Position numbers and translations under genes: made by a program
Origin: a virus
Strand: one strand, 5' to 3'
DNA length: 64,000 nucleotides
IMG/VR virus record: IMGVR_UViG_3300027736_002225
Shown: in pieces, positions 35,279 through 45,531 of the stretch
Layout: every line of letters begins with the position of its first letter
Position numbering within the stretch: position 1 is the first letter of the stretch
The notes under the pieces: model-generated
Databases searched by the model: none
The model's input: the letters and a program-made list of their open reading frames with translations, nothing else
Told to the model about the DNA's origin: nothing

Positions 35279-36691
35279 TTAAATTTTAATTGCTGAAAAG
35301 TCTCTACGTGTCCTGTTGAACACATCCCCTAAATTATAATTGCTTTTTGCTGAGTTGTCAACCCTGTCGATATCCAAATTAGCATCTGTCAATCCTTTTT
35401 GCGCGGATGGCTCTAAATCATATAGTTTCATCTTTGCTCTATCAATCCCAATCATAAATCTTTTATTTGATGTTGGGTCATTATATCTATTCTTTAATTG
35501 CTTAACCATTAGTTGATTCAATTGCTCTAGCTCTTCTGTAGAAATTAAGGCAAACATAAAATCAACTGTCGCAGGCAAACCAAACGATTCCGATGTATCT
35601 GTTAGTTCTACATCGGTATTGCCATACCCACTTCGAGTTGTCTGTGTGGCACTTAAGATAGGTACATTTTCTTCTACTGCCAAACCACGAAGTTCTTCTG
35701 CAATAGATTTAATTAAAGTATACGAATTAATATTTGAACCTGACTTGAATCTAGAACTTGCACAAATATTTAAATAATCAATAATAATTATATCAGGTTT
35801 AAACTGTCGCTTCAACTGCAATTCATTTAACAATGCTTTAAAGTGTCCTGTATGGGCACCCGCCGTTGGATATTCCTTAATAATCAGATTGCCTTCTGTT
35901 TTATTACGAATCTTTTCAATCCTGCTATCAAATAAAGACTTCGGTAAATCTTTTAATTGATCCATTGTAATGTTCATTAGATTTGCATCAATACGTTCTG
36001 CAATTCTTTCTTCTGCCATTTCTAAAGTTATATACAGAACATTTTTATTCTGACTTAAAACAGATGCAGCAACGTGACACATAAACAACGATTTACCAAC
36101 ACCAGTACCTGCAAGACAAACATTCAACGTCTTGTTAGGCATACCGCCGTTAGTAATTTTGTTAAAGTAATCTAAATCAAATGGTACACGAGATGTTACA
36201 CGATGATAGGATTCATATCGACTTTCTGCATCCTGAATATAATCATGTCCAACATTATTGTCAAAGCAAACACCTAGTGCGTCTTGTAACAGTTGAGGAA
36301 TACCATCTTCCGATTTTGCTTTATCTCTGCCATCTATAATTGCAATTGAATTTAGGATGGCATTATAAATTGCTTTGTCTTTACAGAACTTTTCTGTTTC
36401 CTTATACAACCAATCACGATTGTGTTCTGTTTTTTCAAATTGGTTAACAATGTCAACAATTTCTTTGTACTGATCTTCAGTAAGACTTTTATCATTCTGT
36501 ACTGCAATTACCAATGCATCTTTGTTTGGTAATGAATTATACTGGTCAATAAAATCTTTTATTCGATCATAAATTATTTTTTCGTTATTGTCTATAAAAT
36601 AATCCCGCTTCAAAAACGGGATTACTTTTCTCATATAGTCATCGTCATTTATTAAATTCTCAAGAATTACTGTCTCGATTTTCGTAGTCAT
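35279..36691 (-). CDS. 41: T4 gp41-like replicative DNA helicase
   Basis: Walker A 'AGTGVGKS', 'LEMAEERIAERIDAN', 'IDYLNIC' and 'SESFGLPATVD'. Confidence 0.95.
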   Translation of the reverse strand: MTTKIETVILENLINDDDYMRKVIPFLKRDYFIDNNEKIIYDRIKDFIDQYNSLPNKDALVIAVQNDKSLTEDQYKEIVDIVNQFEKTEHNRDWLYKETEKFCKDKAIYNAILNSIAIIDGRDKAKSEDGIPQLLQDALGVCFDNNVGHDYIQDAESRYESYHRVTSRVPFDLDYFNKITNGGMPNKTLNVCLAGTGVGKSLFMCHVAASVLSQNKNVLYITLEMAEERIAERIDANLMNITMDQLKDLPKSLFDSRIEKIRNKTEGNLIIKEYPTAGAHTGHFKALLNELQLKRQFKPDIIIIDYLNICASSRFKSGSNINSYTLIKSIAEELRGLAVEENVPILSATQTTRSGYGNTDVELTDTSESFGLPATVDFMFALISTEELEQLNQLMVKQLKNRYNDPTSNKRFMIGIDRAKMKLYDLEPSAQKGLTDANLDIDRVDNSAKSNYNLGDVFNRTRRDFSAIKI

Positions 36692-36950
36692 GCATTGCCT
36701 GTTCTATCATATTGTTTAGAATACCTGAAAACACAGTATTGAATTTTTCAGACTTCATATCATTTTCATCTTTATGCGGCGGCTTTTCAATTATAGTAAA
36801 ATCTACAGCAAGTTGTCCGTCACTATTATCTTCCAACGCGATGGAAGCAATACTGACGATTGTTCCGGCAAACTCACCTTCCAAAAGTTTGACGCCCCAT
36901 AAATCTTTATCTTCATTTTTTAAAGCCCACGGACTATACTTCACTGGCAT
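36660..36950 (-). CDS. gp40-like head vertex assembly chaperone (start revised to MPVKYSPW)
   Basis: Position between uvsX and gene 41 as in T4; 'VKLLEGEFAGTIV'. Confidence 0.6.
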   Translation of the reverse strand: MPVKYSPWALKNEDKDLWGVKLLEGEFAGTIVSIASIALEDNSDGQLAVDFTIIEKPPHKDENDMKSEKFNTVFSGILNNMIEQAMHDYENRDSNS

Positions 36951-38013
36951 TTTCAAATTCCTCTTCGATGTCTGTTTCATCAAAACTCTTACCTAACATA
37001 TCGCTTCCTGCAATACGATAATTGTTTTCAATGTATTCTTTAAAAGATTTGGTTGTTAAAATTGGCATCCAAAATTCTTTGGTATACGTATCTTTAAGCC
37101 GATATTTCTTAGCATCAATTTCGCCTGTTTCTTTATCTACTTTGCTATACCAACCATTAGATGGCTTAACAACATATCCGCCTTCTAAGGCAACATCAAG
37201 TAGACCAGACCATTTACTGATTCCGCCTTCAAATGTAACTTCAATTGGGATCTTAGATTTCTCACGAACAAATCTAGATTTCTCTACGTTTATAACAAAG
37301 TTATATCCAATAACTTCGGTTCCTTCTTTTTCTTGTTGGCGACCAATAATAAAGATGTTATCGGCTGAGTAATACAAACCAGTTCCACCAGATACGATCT
37401 GTTTCGGATACAAACCAATTTCAGAATAAGTATGGTTAACAACAACCATAGGAATATCTTTAATTGTTAAGTGAGGGGTAACCATTCTAAACAAAGATTT
37501 CATCTGTTTAGCACGAGTCATATCTGCAACAGACTTACCTTCTAGTGCGTCATCAACTTCTTTCTTAGAAGCAAGATTGCCAACAGAATCAATGATAATG
37601 ATTACTTGCTCGCCTCGATTAATGTTATTAATTTGTGACATAATATCAAACTTCAATTGTTCAATATCTGTAATCGGAGTATGCAAGATTCGTGAAGTGT
37701 TAATTCCAAAGTTATCAAAATACGCTTGAGGCGAACCAAACTCTGAATCATAAAATAAAACAACCGCGTCTGGATACTTATCAATATATGCTTTAGTAAG
37801 CAATAATGTGAATGCAGTTTTAAAGTGTTTAGATGGGCCTGCAAATACTGTTAGTCCAGGAGTAAATCCTCCTTCAAGGCTTCCAGACAATGCAACATTC
37901 ATCATTGGTACTGAGGTTTGAATCATATCCTTCTTAGCGAAGAATTTAGATTTATTTAAAATTTCTGATTCTTTAATTGTTGAATTTTTCTTCAACCGTT
38001 CTAGTAATGACAT
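36934..38013 (-). CDS. uvsX: UvsX RecA-like recombinase
   Basis: 'AGPSKHFKT', 'FYDSEFG', 'DSVGNLASKKE' and 'DMTRAK'. Confidence 0.95.
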   Translation of the reverse strand: MSLLERLKKNSTIKESEILNKSKFFAKKDMIQTSVPMMNVALSGSLEGGFTPGLTVFAGPSKHFKTAFTLLLTKAYIDKYPDAVVLFYDSEFGSPQAYFDNFGINTSRILHTPITDIEQLKFDIMSQINNINRGEQVIIIIDSVGNLASKKEVDDALEGKSVADMTRAKQMKSLFRMVTPHLTIKDIPMVVVNHTYSEIGLYPKQIVSGGTGLYYSADNIFIIGRQQEKEGTEVIGYNFVINVEKSRFVREKSKIPIEVTFEGGISKWSGLLDVALEGGYVVKPSNGWYSKVDKETGEIDAKKYRLKDTYTKEFWMPILTTKSFKEYIENNYRIAGSDMLGKSFDETDIEEEFENASEV

Positions 38014-38039
38014 ATCTATTCCTTAAGTAATAAAATAAT

Positions 38040-38068
38040 ATTATATAGTATTTGTGCATAGTTGTCTA
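38040..38068 (-). promoter_or_regulatory. Sigma70-type promoter for uvsX-40-41
   Basis: TAGACA-17 nt-TATAAT. Confidence 0.7.
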
Positions 38069-38079
38069 TGCTTTTTGAA

Positions 38080-38913
38080 TTAAAAGATCACCGTCCATGG
38101 TTTTCTTGTTTCGCTTGTACAAGTTTTCTCATCTCGAATAAACCTTCCTGCATTTCGAATATACTGGTGCATATACAAATCAACGTAATCCATATCTAAT
38201 CCTTCAACCAAACAAGCAAACGATGATGACATTGCGTGAAACTGCTTTGCGTTTTGCAATACCATGCCAAAGTGCAGAATGTTCATATGGTAGTTTTGCA
38301 TTGTAGGCGCCGAAATAATTTTTATATCTTTACCAACAATATCCAACAACTTATTAGTATCCATAGTTAATCCTCTAGTAGGATCATGGTGTATAAAAAT
38401 ATATTCCTCATGATTTGGATTCACCATATTGAATACTTGTTCTTCTGCCTGCATATCTCGTTCATAGTAGAAACTCATAAAACGATGTTTCCAATCTATC
38501 TCCATAAAATCATAATATGCTTGATTCCCGTAAATAGATTTTGTGGATAGTTCTGACCAAGAAGCCTGATACTGATTTGTTCCGGAACGCAGAAATTCGT
38601 CAAAAGATTTTCCAGGAACACCTCTTTGTATTTCATGTCCAAGTAGATAGATCGAATCCGGAACAATTGTCTTTATATGCTCTATCATGCCATTATGTTC
38701 ATTGCCGGAATCAATGAACAATACTTTTATTCTTGGATCATCTCGATACATAAATTCTACAACGTGAGAATAATGCCTCCACGATACAACATAAATTTGT
38801 GTTAACGAATGTTCTATTAACAGTCGACGAGCCATACCATTAAACATGATATGGTCGCCGAGTCCTTGCATGGTATATAACATACCAATTCTTTGATTTT
38901 CACGAATGGCCAT
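38080..38913 (-). CDS. Glycosyltransferase-like hypothetical protein, paralogue of 58333-59121
   Basis: 'GLGDHIMFNGM...NAKQFHAMSSSFACLVE'. Confidence 0.55.
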   Translation of the reverse strand: MAIRENQRIGMLYTMQGLGDHIMFNGMARRLLIEHSLTQIYVVSWRHYSHVVEFMYRDDPRIKVLFIDSGNEHNGMIEHIKTIVPDSIYLLGHEIQRGVPGKSFDEFLRSGTNQYQASWSELSTKSIYGNQAYYDFMEIDWKHRFMSFYYERDMQAEEQVFNMVNPNHEEYIFIHHDPTRGLTMDTNKLLDIVGKDIKIISAPTMQNYHMNILHFGMVLQNAKQFHAMSSSFACLVEGLDMDYVDLYMHQYIRNAGRFIRDEKTCTSETRKPWTVIF

Positions 38914-38928
38914 AATAAAGGTATAAAC

Positions 38929-39744
38929 TTATTCTGTTGCGTTTGAACCGCACTTGGCGCGCTTAGCCTTAGTCAATGCCCCAAAATCTACCTGCCATTC
39001 GGTGCCTGGTGCAAGCTCTTTATGATTGGGTGGTAATTTAAAATCTACATTTGAAGCATTTTCAATGTCTGCAATTGGCATGCGAAACTTTGTCAAATCA
39101 TTTCCTAAATTAGGATATGGAGGAACGTGAGGAAACCCCCATCCAGCAACTTCATTTGTTTGATTGTTAATTACAATTTTATAAAAACCATGAGGAACAA
39201 CTACACCACTACCAATCTTTTTATCCTGTGCATTATAAATGCCGCCGACATAAATTGTGTAACTTTGATTACGTTGAACTGCCCATCCGCGAACAGATGT
39301 TTCTAATAGTTTCCAAATCCCTCTATTTAGACTTCCTGCCTGAGGTGCCATGTTTGTCATCAAGAATGATTCATATTCAACTTGTTGATCCCAACTTAAA
39401 TCTCCATCAGGACTCATATGACCTTTATCATATCCAGTTCCAACATAATCATCTACCCTAGGTCCGTTTTGAATAGACGCATCTGCTACAAAGGCATTTG
39501 TTCTTGGCCAACATCCTAGTGCATTTTGCGGAAGCAATTCATAGGTTACAAATTTAGGAAGTTTTGCTGCTGCATCATATCCTACAAGATACCCCTGTCG
39601 GCAAATTGGTTGAACTCCTTGGGTTGCGGGGAATCCATATGGTGCATGAACTTGACATGCTTGTACCGGCAATGGTTGACGCTGATCCCAACCATATGAG
39701 TATAAACTTAATGATGCTAGAAATGTAAAAATAATCTTTTTCAT
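38929..39744 (-). CDS. DNA/RNA non-specific endonuclease with signal peptide
   Basis: 'YDKGHMSP', 'TNMAPQAGSLNRGIWKLLE' and 'VPHGFYKI'. Confidence 0.9.
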   Translation of the reverse strand: MKKIIFTFLASLSLYSYGWDQRQPLPVQACQVHAPYGFPATQGVQPICRQGYLVGYDAAAKLPKFVTYELLPQNALGCWPRTNAFVADASIQNGPRVDDYVGTGYDKGHMSPDGDLSWDQQVEYESFLMTNMAPQAGSLNRGIWKLLETSVRGWAVQRNQSYTIYVGGIYNAQDKKIGSGVVVPHGFYKIVINNQTNEVAGWGFPHVPPYPNLGNDLTKFRMPIADIENASNVDFKLPPNHKELAPGTEWQVDFGALTKAKRAKCGSNATE

Positions 39745-42233
39745 GAGAATAATCCCTCTAATGTTGCCTGTGGTTTAGCAGTCCACCCCACACCATTTAA
39801 AATTGTTGTTAATGGTTCAAGAAATGATTTCTCAAACATCGTATCATAATCTACGTATTGTTTCAAATTAAACTCGTCGGGCATCTGATTAATAAATGCA
39901 ATACAATTTTCTTTAATCAAATTTGGCTCTTTTAAGTAAATGAATTTAATTTTGTCGCCTTCACTTATAAGTTCATACTTGCCGGTTAGTTGTTTTTCCT
40001 TTAAATAGAAATTATACAACAATGCGCCTCGAACGTGCATAGGAGTTCCTTGCCTATAAATTGAACTCCTATCTGTATATTTATCGACTCCGTTAACACC
40101 TCTAGGGAAAGCAATCAATTCTGGAGACATTTTTCTATACTTATATTCAAATTCTCGGATGTAATCTTGAATCTGTTGTTCTGTTCCAGTCAATGCCAAT
40201 TTAACTGCATGGCGCAATGCCTCACGAATAGGCTCAGGAGTAGACGACCTAACAATCTCCAATCCCATGACCTTTAATTTTGGTTCTTTGTATTGAACGC
40301 CCTCATTATTATAAACATTCAAGGCATATCTTTTCTTAGCAACCCAAATACCTCGGTCTGCAATAACTTCTCGTTTAAAATAAATCTTTGTATCAAAAGC
40401 ATTCGTGTAATCTGCTAAGCCGTCGCATGCTGCATTAATTGCCTTTTCAATTTTCTCATTACAAATCTTATCCAAGATCTCTACAATCTTTTCTTTCGGT
40501 TGATCTTTATAATACTTTTGTACTAATGGATCCAATGTGATATAGCATGCATCTGTATCCGAATAAAAAGAATACATAAAGTCTTTTGTTCCACAGACTT
40601 TATTTAAGTATTCATTCAAAGCTGCACCGACTGTCTGAATAATATACTGACCTGTAAGTGTAATACCTTCCGCAATATTAGAATCATAGAATCTAAAAAA
40701 TTCATTACCCCATGCCCCGAACAAAGAATTCAATTGAATCTTACGAGCCATCTGAAAATTGTTATACTTGGAAATCTCATTCTGATAAGACTTATCCTTT
40801 GTTTCTTCATACTTTGCTTGCGAAGCCAACATCAATTTTTTATAACGCTGACGATCATCAAACAATTTCTGCACAATCTCAGGAAACAATCCTTGCTTTT
40901 CTCTTGTGTAAGAATATCCATTTGCAGACATACAACAATTGTTGTCTTTTAGATCCTGCAGATTGTATTCTTTTTTCATTAATCTATCAACAGTTGTATC
41001 TTTTGTTGCTTGAATAACCTGCGTCTCGGGAGATAGATTATACTGCATAATAATACTTGGATACAGACTTGTCGCATCAAAAGATACGACCCAATCATAT
41101 TGTCCGGGTTTCGGTTCTTGGACATACGCTCCTACAATTTGTCGAGCAGGCTTACCTTCCCGCTGATGAACAATGATGTTCTTCTTATAAAGATGATTCC
41201 AAAGAATACAATCCCATGTTCTAACTGCCGAGAATACATCTACATAGTTACACTTTGCATCATATGCCATTGTCAAGATCAACTCAATAAGTCGCATCTT
41301 ATTTTCCAATTGGTCAATCAGTTCCGTATCGACTACGTTATATTCTACGAACTTTTGCCAATCATTTTTATAGAAATCTCGGAATGAAGAATATTCCTCG
41401 TATGACAATTTTTCTTTACCAAGTTCTACCTTAGCAATGTGATCTAGTTTATATGATTCTTGGGCACCATAAGTAAACTTCTTATACAGATCAAGATAGT
41501 CCAATGCAGCTACGCCAAGAATATCGTATGTCAATTCTGTCTTATTCATTCGAGTAAATTCTTTTGAATTCACTACATTCCAAGGAGACAATTGTCGAAG
41601 GAATTCATCTCCAAGTATTTTGGAAATTCGACTGCACAAATAAGGAATGTCGAAGAAGTCAATATTCCAACCTGTAATGATATGAGGATATCCATCGTCA
41701 ATCATAGATTGGATATATTTTTGAAATAGATCTTGCTCGTCCTTGCATTTAATATACTTATGATTTGGCTTTGTAACTTTAAAGTTCTTTGTACCAAATG
41801 TAACAATTTCTTTAGTATTATAATCTTGAGTGGTGATTAGTAGAACTTCTTCCATAGGATTTCGGACATTAGGGAATCCAAGTTCTGCAGATGTCTCAAT
41901 ATCCAAAGACCATATCTTTAACTGCGAAATATCAAAATCTACTTCGTCAGGAAATGTTTTTGTGATGTACTGATAGGCGTAATTTGTGTTGCCAAAAATC
42001 TCAAAATTGTCTACGTCGCTGTATCGTTTGACGTAATCTTTTGCTTCGTTAATACTTTCGAAAACAATTTCATCCAAATTTTCACCAAACAAAGATTTAT
42101 ACTTTGTTGGAGTTTTGGATTTCAAGAATAAACTAGGTTTAAATTCAATCTTATCTTGGACAGATTTGCCGTTATTGATTCCTCGAACAAGAATCTTGTT
42201 ACCATATTGATTGACACTAGTGTAAAACTTCAT
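39741..42233 (-). CDS. 43: T4 gp43-like family B DNA polymerase
   Basis: ExoI 'DIET', 'FDATSLYPSII', 'KIQLNSLFGA' and 'YSDTDA'. Confidence 0.97.
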   Translation of the reverse strand: MKFYTSVNQYGNKILVRGINNGKSVQDKIEFKPSLFLKSKTPTKYKSLFGENLDEIVFESINEAKDYVKRYSDVDNFEIFGNTNYAYQYITKTFPDEVDFDISQLKIWSLDIETSAELGFPNVRNPMEEVLLITTQDYNTKEIVTFGTKNFKVTKPNHKYIKCKDEQDLFQKYIQSMIDDGYPHIITGWNIDFFDIPYLCSRISKILGDEFLRQLSPWNVVNSKEFTRMNKTELTYDILGVAALDYLDLYKKFTYGAQESYKLDHIAKVELGKEKLSYEEYSSFRDFYKNDWQKFVEYNVVDTELIDQLENKMRLIELILTMAYDAKCNYVDVFSAVRTWDCILWNHLYKKNIIVHQREGKPARQIVGAYVQEPKPGQYDWVVSFDATSLYPSIIMQYNLSPETQVIQATKDTTVDRLMKKEYNLQDLKDNNCCMSANGYSYTREKQGLFPEIVQKLFDDRQRYKKLMLASQAKYEETKDKSYQNEISKYNNFQMARKIQLNSLFGAWGNEFFRFYDSNIAEGITLTGQYIIQTVGAALNEYLNKVCGTKDFMYSFYSDTDACYITLDPLVQKYYKDQPKEKIVEILDKICNEKIEKAINAACDGLADYTNAFDTKIYFKREVIADRGIWVAKKRYALNVYNNEGVQYKEPKLKVMGLEIVRSSTPEPIREALRHAVKLALTGTEQQIQDYIREFEYKYRKMSPELIAFPRGVNGVDKYTDRSSIYRQGTPMHVRGALLYNFYLKEKQLTGKYELISEGDKIKFIYLKEPNLIKENCIAFINQMPDEFNLKQYVDYDTMFEKSFLEPLTTILNGVGWTAKPQATLEGLFS

Positions 42234-42250
42234 TCAGTAAATCCTAAGGG

Positions 42251-42258
42251 TATAAATA
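42251..42258 (+). promoter_or_regulatory. T4-type late promoter for the plus-strand membrane-protein operon
   Basis: TATAAATA on the plus strand upstream of 42373. Confidence 0.7.
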
Positions 42259-42266
42259 ATTGTATC

Positions 42267-42295
42267 ATTATATAGCAAATTTAGTAATTTGTCTA
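42267..42295 (-). promoter_or_regulatory. Sigma70-type promoter for gene 43
   Basis: TAGACA-17 nt-TATAAT. Confidence 0.7.
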
Positions 42296-42372
42296 TAGAT
42301 ATATATGACTATATCCAAGCATGCAATGTGCTTTTGACCTTTTTGTAAAATTAAAACATAAAGGAGGATAGA

Positions 42373-42537
42373 ATGGCGACAAAGAAAGCTATTACTAGAC
42401 GAAAAGTAGTAGAACCCCCTGCCGCATCTACAAAAAGTTTTCCAACCGCCGCCTTAGGTGTGGGTATGGTTATCCTTACCAATTACCAGACAGAAGTAAA
42501 ACAAATACTGGGATTAATAATGAAAGCATTAACATGA
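42373..42537 (+). CDS. Small hypothetical protein (54 aa; not in ORF track)
   Basis: AAGGAGG RBS; MATKKAITRRKVVEPP...; ATGA overlap with the next gene. Confidence 0.7.
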   Translation: MATKKAITRRKVVEPPAASTKSFPTAALGVGMVILTNYQTEVKQILGLIMKALT

Positions 42538-43283
42538 AAATAATAGATAAGATTTTAGAATACAAGAGAACTCCATATGTTATTGCAGGGGTAATATTCT
42601 TAAGCAGTTTGGTCGTACTTAGCTGTTTCAAAAGCGCAGAAACTCAACTAACTACGCTTAACCATGCTGCGTCACTTAGTCGCACTATGGCTAAATCATC
42701 TGATGATTTAACTAATTATGCTAGATTTTTTGTAACAACTAAGAACGAACAATGGAGAACAGAGTTTAACAATGTGCTTAAAATACGCAACGGTGAGGTA
42801 GCGGATGAAAAGGGAGTTACAAAATCATTTAAAGTTAGGGTAAAAGAAGTACCGTTTTTACAAACTGAATTGGATAAGTTATTGAAGGCAGAAGAATTAA
42901 GTAACAATCTTGCTAAACTAGAAGTTCAAGCGTTTGCCCTGATTGACAAAGGCAAACCTGAATTAAATTTTGAAATACAAACGTATCACTATACAGCAGC
43001 ACAGATGTTGATGTTTGGGGACGATTACAAAAAATACAAGAAAGAAATTGTAAACACTACTGATGAATTTTATGGTATGGTAGTACACAGGTTGCAATCA
43101 GACTATTTGTTTTACATGACGGCAGCATGGACAATGATTATTGTTATAAATTTAAGTTTAATTTTACTAGTAATGGTTATCAAACACAAAGAAATAGTTG
43201 ATAAGAAACCAGTTAGAACAGTTGCTAAAAAAATACCGGTAAAGAAACCAGTAGTAAAAAAAGTTAATAAGGAGAACAAATAA
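42534..43283 (+). CDS. Two-TM protein with chemoreceptor/kinase-type periplasmic sensor domain and no output domain
   Basis: TM, then 'SSDDLTNYARFFVTT...LKIRNG...KAEELSNNLAKLEVQAF...MFGDDYKKYKKEI', then TM and a short basic tail. Confidence 0.65.
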   Translation: MKIIDKILEYKRTPYVIAGVIFLSSLVVLSCFKSAETQLTTLNHAASLSRTMAKSSDDLTNYARFFVTTKNEQWRTEFNNVLKIRNGEVADEKGVTKSFKVRVKEVPFLQTELDKLLKAEELSNNLAKLEVQAFALIDKGKPELNFEIQTYHYTAAQMLMFGDDYKKYKKEIVNTTDEFYGMVVHRLQSDYLFYMTAAWTMIIVINLSLILLVMVIKHKEIVDKKPVRTVAKKIPVKKPVVKKVNKENK

Positions 43284-43810
43284 TGCCAGAATCACGCTCA
43301 GAAAGAGAAGCACATATCAAAGATAGAGCCGGATGGACCATCACAGTTATAGCAGCATTACTAGCAGTTAACACATATGTTGCCAATGGCATTAGCAGTA
43401 ATATATTAACTAACACAATCAAAGCTAATGATACTTGGAACTTTTATCAAGCAAAAAGTATCAAACAAACTATAGCAGAAAATGCTAGAGATGATGCACT
43501 TGCTCGTAAAGATAACAAAAAAGCACAAGAGTTAACTGCCAAAATTGATAGATACGAAAGTGATCCTATCAAGAATGAAGGCAAGAAAGAATTAATGGCT
43601 AAAGCCAAAGGTTTAGAAGCTGAAAGAGATGAAGCTAAAAAGCACAGTCCATGGTTAACATTTGCCGGATCAACACTACAACTTAGCATTGTACTATTAT
43701 CTGCTGCTATATTAGCAGTTAGCATGGGAATGTTTTACGCTAGCATCGGCGTAGGACTAATTGGCGCATTGTTAATGAGCCAGGGTATTTGGTTATGGGT
43801 ACCCTTTTAA
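43283..43810 (+). CDS. DUF4337-like membrane protein
   Basis: 'ANDTWNFYQAKSIKQ...LQLSIVLLSAAIL'. Confidence 0.7.
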   Translation: MPESRSEREAHIKDRAGWTITVIAALLAVNTYVANGISSNILTNTIKANDTWNFYQAKSIKQTIAENARDDALARKDNKKAQELTAKIDRYESDPIKNEGKKELMAKAKGLEAERDEAKKHSPWLTFAGSTLQLSIVLLSAAILAVSMGMFYASIGVGLIGALLMSQGIWLWVPF

Positions 43811-44016
43811 AGTTATTGATTATATTATTATTATCAACAACAGTTATAGTATCAAGTGAGGAGACTTCTAACGGATTAAAAAAAGATGAGGTGTGGTTGT
43901 GTGTTCGTTGGCAATGGACAACTACACCAGTTGAGGGCAAAGTCAATTGTGTTGAGTGGGCCAAAAAAGATTGTTCTAACAGATTATATCCAGAACTATG
44001 TAAAAGGGGCGGGTAA
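43789..44016 (+). CDS. Small secreted Cys-containing protein (75 aa)
   Basis: Signal peptide plus 4 Cys ('CVRWQW...CVEWAKKDC...C'). Confidence 0.6.
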   Translation: MVMGTLLKLLIILLLSTTVIVSSEETSNGLKKDEVWLCVRWQWTTTPVEGKVNCVEWAKKDCSNRLYPELCKRGG

Positions 44017-44630
44017 TGATTGATCCAATTAGTATAAGTCTTGCTTTTTCTGCAGCACAATCAGCAATCAGTGGTATTAAACAAGCCATTGCTATGGGTA
44101 AAGATGTCAATAGTATTATTGGACAAGTAGGGCATTTCTTTGAGGCGGCCGATCAAGTTCATTTAGCCAGCATCAAAGCTAAACACGGTGCTATGGATAA
44201 AACTGATGCTCAAATTGGTCGTATGGCACTTGAGTTTGCTATGCACAGCAATAAATTGCGCGAGGATGAGAGAGCATTAAAAGACATGATTTATTGGCAA
44301 TTAGGTAAGCCTCAAATCTGGGAAGAAATGATTGCTGAACGTACCAGGTTAATGAAAGAAAAGCGTGAGGGTGAAGAAGCACAAGCAAAGGCCAAGCAAG
44401 AACATAAAGAAAAGATGGCTAAGTATGTTATGATAACAATGTATACTATAGGATTTGGAATTATTATTTCTGCATTTGTTATGCTAGGTGTTCAATTTTA
44501 TAGTATGGCTGAAGAACAAAAAGAACTTGAAGCTAAACAAGCAAAGGCATTGCAAATTCGTAGACAAAATCATTGGTTAAGAGAACAAGAACAGAAAAAA
44601 GAATTGGCTAAGGCAGCCAACGGGGGTTAG
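44016..44630 (+). CDS. Membrane-anchored coiled-coil protein (204 aa)
   Basis: 'MIDPISI' start, one TM near the C-terminus. Confidence 0.65.
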   Translation: MIDPISISLAFSAAQSAISGIKQAIAMGKDVNSIIGQVGHFFEAADQVHLASIKAKHGAMDKTDAQIGRMALEFAMHSNKLREDERALKDMIYWQLGKPQIWEEMIAERTRLMKEKREGEEAQAKAKQEHKEKMAKYVMITMYTIGFGIIISAFVMLGVQFYSMAEEQKELEAKQAKALQIRRQNHWLREQEQKKELAKAANGG

Positions 44631-44740
44631 TGTTTATCTTTTTTCCAATCTTTAAACATTTCCCAAAATATCATAACTAACGGCAGGCACCCAAGTAAGA
44701 ACAATAAATCGTTAAAAGTAATTACTATATTAAAGTACAT
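44627..44740 (-). CDS. Small single-TM peptide (37 aa; not in ORF track)
   Basis: MYFNIVITFNDLLFLLGCLPLVMIFWEMFKDWKKDKH*; late-promoter-like AATAAATA just upstream. Confidence 0.45.
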   Translation of the reverse strand: MYFNIVITFNDLLFLLGCLPLVMIFWEMFKDWKKDKH

Positions 44741-44769
44741 CAACTATTTATTAACATAGAAGATTAGAA

Positions 44770-45531
44770 ATGTCAGATAAAAAATATCGTAGTATTTTTA
44801 TAAGCGACGTACATTTAGGTACAAAAGATTCTAAGGCAGATAAGCTAAACAATTTTCTTAAGAATAATTCTTGCAATACACTATACTTAGTAGGAGATAT
44901 AATAGATGCTTGGAGAATTCAACAAAACAAATGGCGGTGGAAACAAAGCCACACTAATGTGGTCCGTCGTGTTCTCGGCCATGCTAAACGTGGCACTCGT
45001 GTTGTGTATATTGCAGGTAATCACGACGAATTCTTAAGACCTATGATCCCATATGGTTTCAGCTTCGGCCTCGTTGAGATACATAATCAAATAGAACATA
45101 TAGGCGCAGACGGTAAACATTATCTTGTAGTACATGGAGATATGTTTGACGGTATAACCAGATTAGCGCCCTGGTTAAGTTTTTTAGGAGATAAAGCATA
45201 TGATTTCATTTTATCAGTTAATAGCAAATACAATTGGATACGCCATCGCTTTGGTTTTGGGTACTTTAGTCTTAGTCAATATCTCAAAGCAAGAGTAAAG
45301 AAAGCAGTAGATTTTATTTTTCATTTTGAGAAAAATCTTGCAACCTATTGTAAGAAACGTGGATTTGATGGTGTAATCTGTGGGCATATTCATCATGCCG
45401 AGATTAAAGAAATAGACGGCGTTGCCTACATGAATGACGGCGACTGGGTTGAATCATGTACTGCATTGGTTGAACACCATGACGGCAAATGGGAAATAAT
45501 TACTTGGACAAGTGAAAAGGACGAAGTATGA
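44770..45531 (+). CDS. UDP-2,3-diacylglucosamine pyrophosphatase-like (LpxH-like) metallophosphoesterase
   Basis: SDVHLG, LVGDIID, GNHD, HGD, CGHIH and 'YMNDGDWVESCTALVE'. Confidence 0.85.
   Translation: MSDKKYRSIFISDVHLGTKDSKADKLNNFLKNNSCNTLYLVGDIIDAWRIQQNKWRWKQSHTNVVRRVLGHAKRGTRVVYIAGNHDEFLRPMIPYGFSFGLVEIHNQIEHIGADGKHYLVVHGDMFDGITRLAPWLSFLGDKAYDFILSVNSKYNWIRHRFGFGYFSLSQYLKARVKKAVDFIFHFEKNLATYCKKRGFDGVICGHIHHAEIKEIDGVAYMNDGDWVESCTALVEHHDGKWEIITWTSEKDEV

Noticed and set aside
35279-42233. Introns or inteins in gp41, UvsX or gp43
   Set aside because: Uninterrupted ORFs of ordinary size with contiguous motifs.
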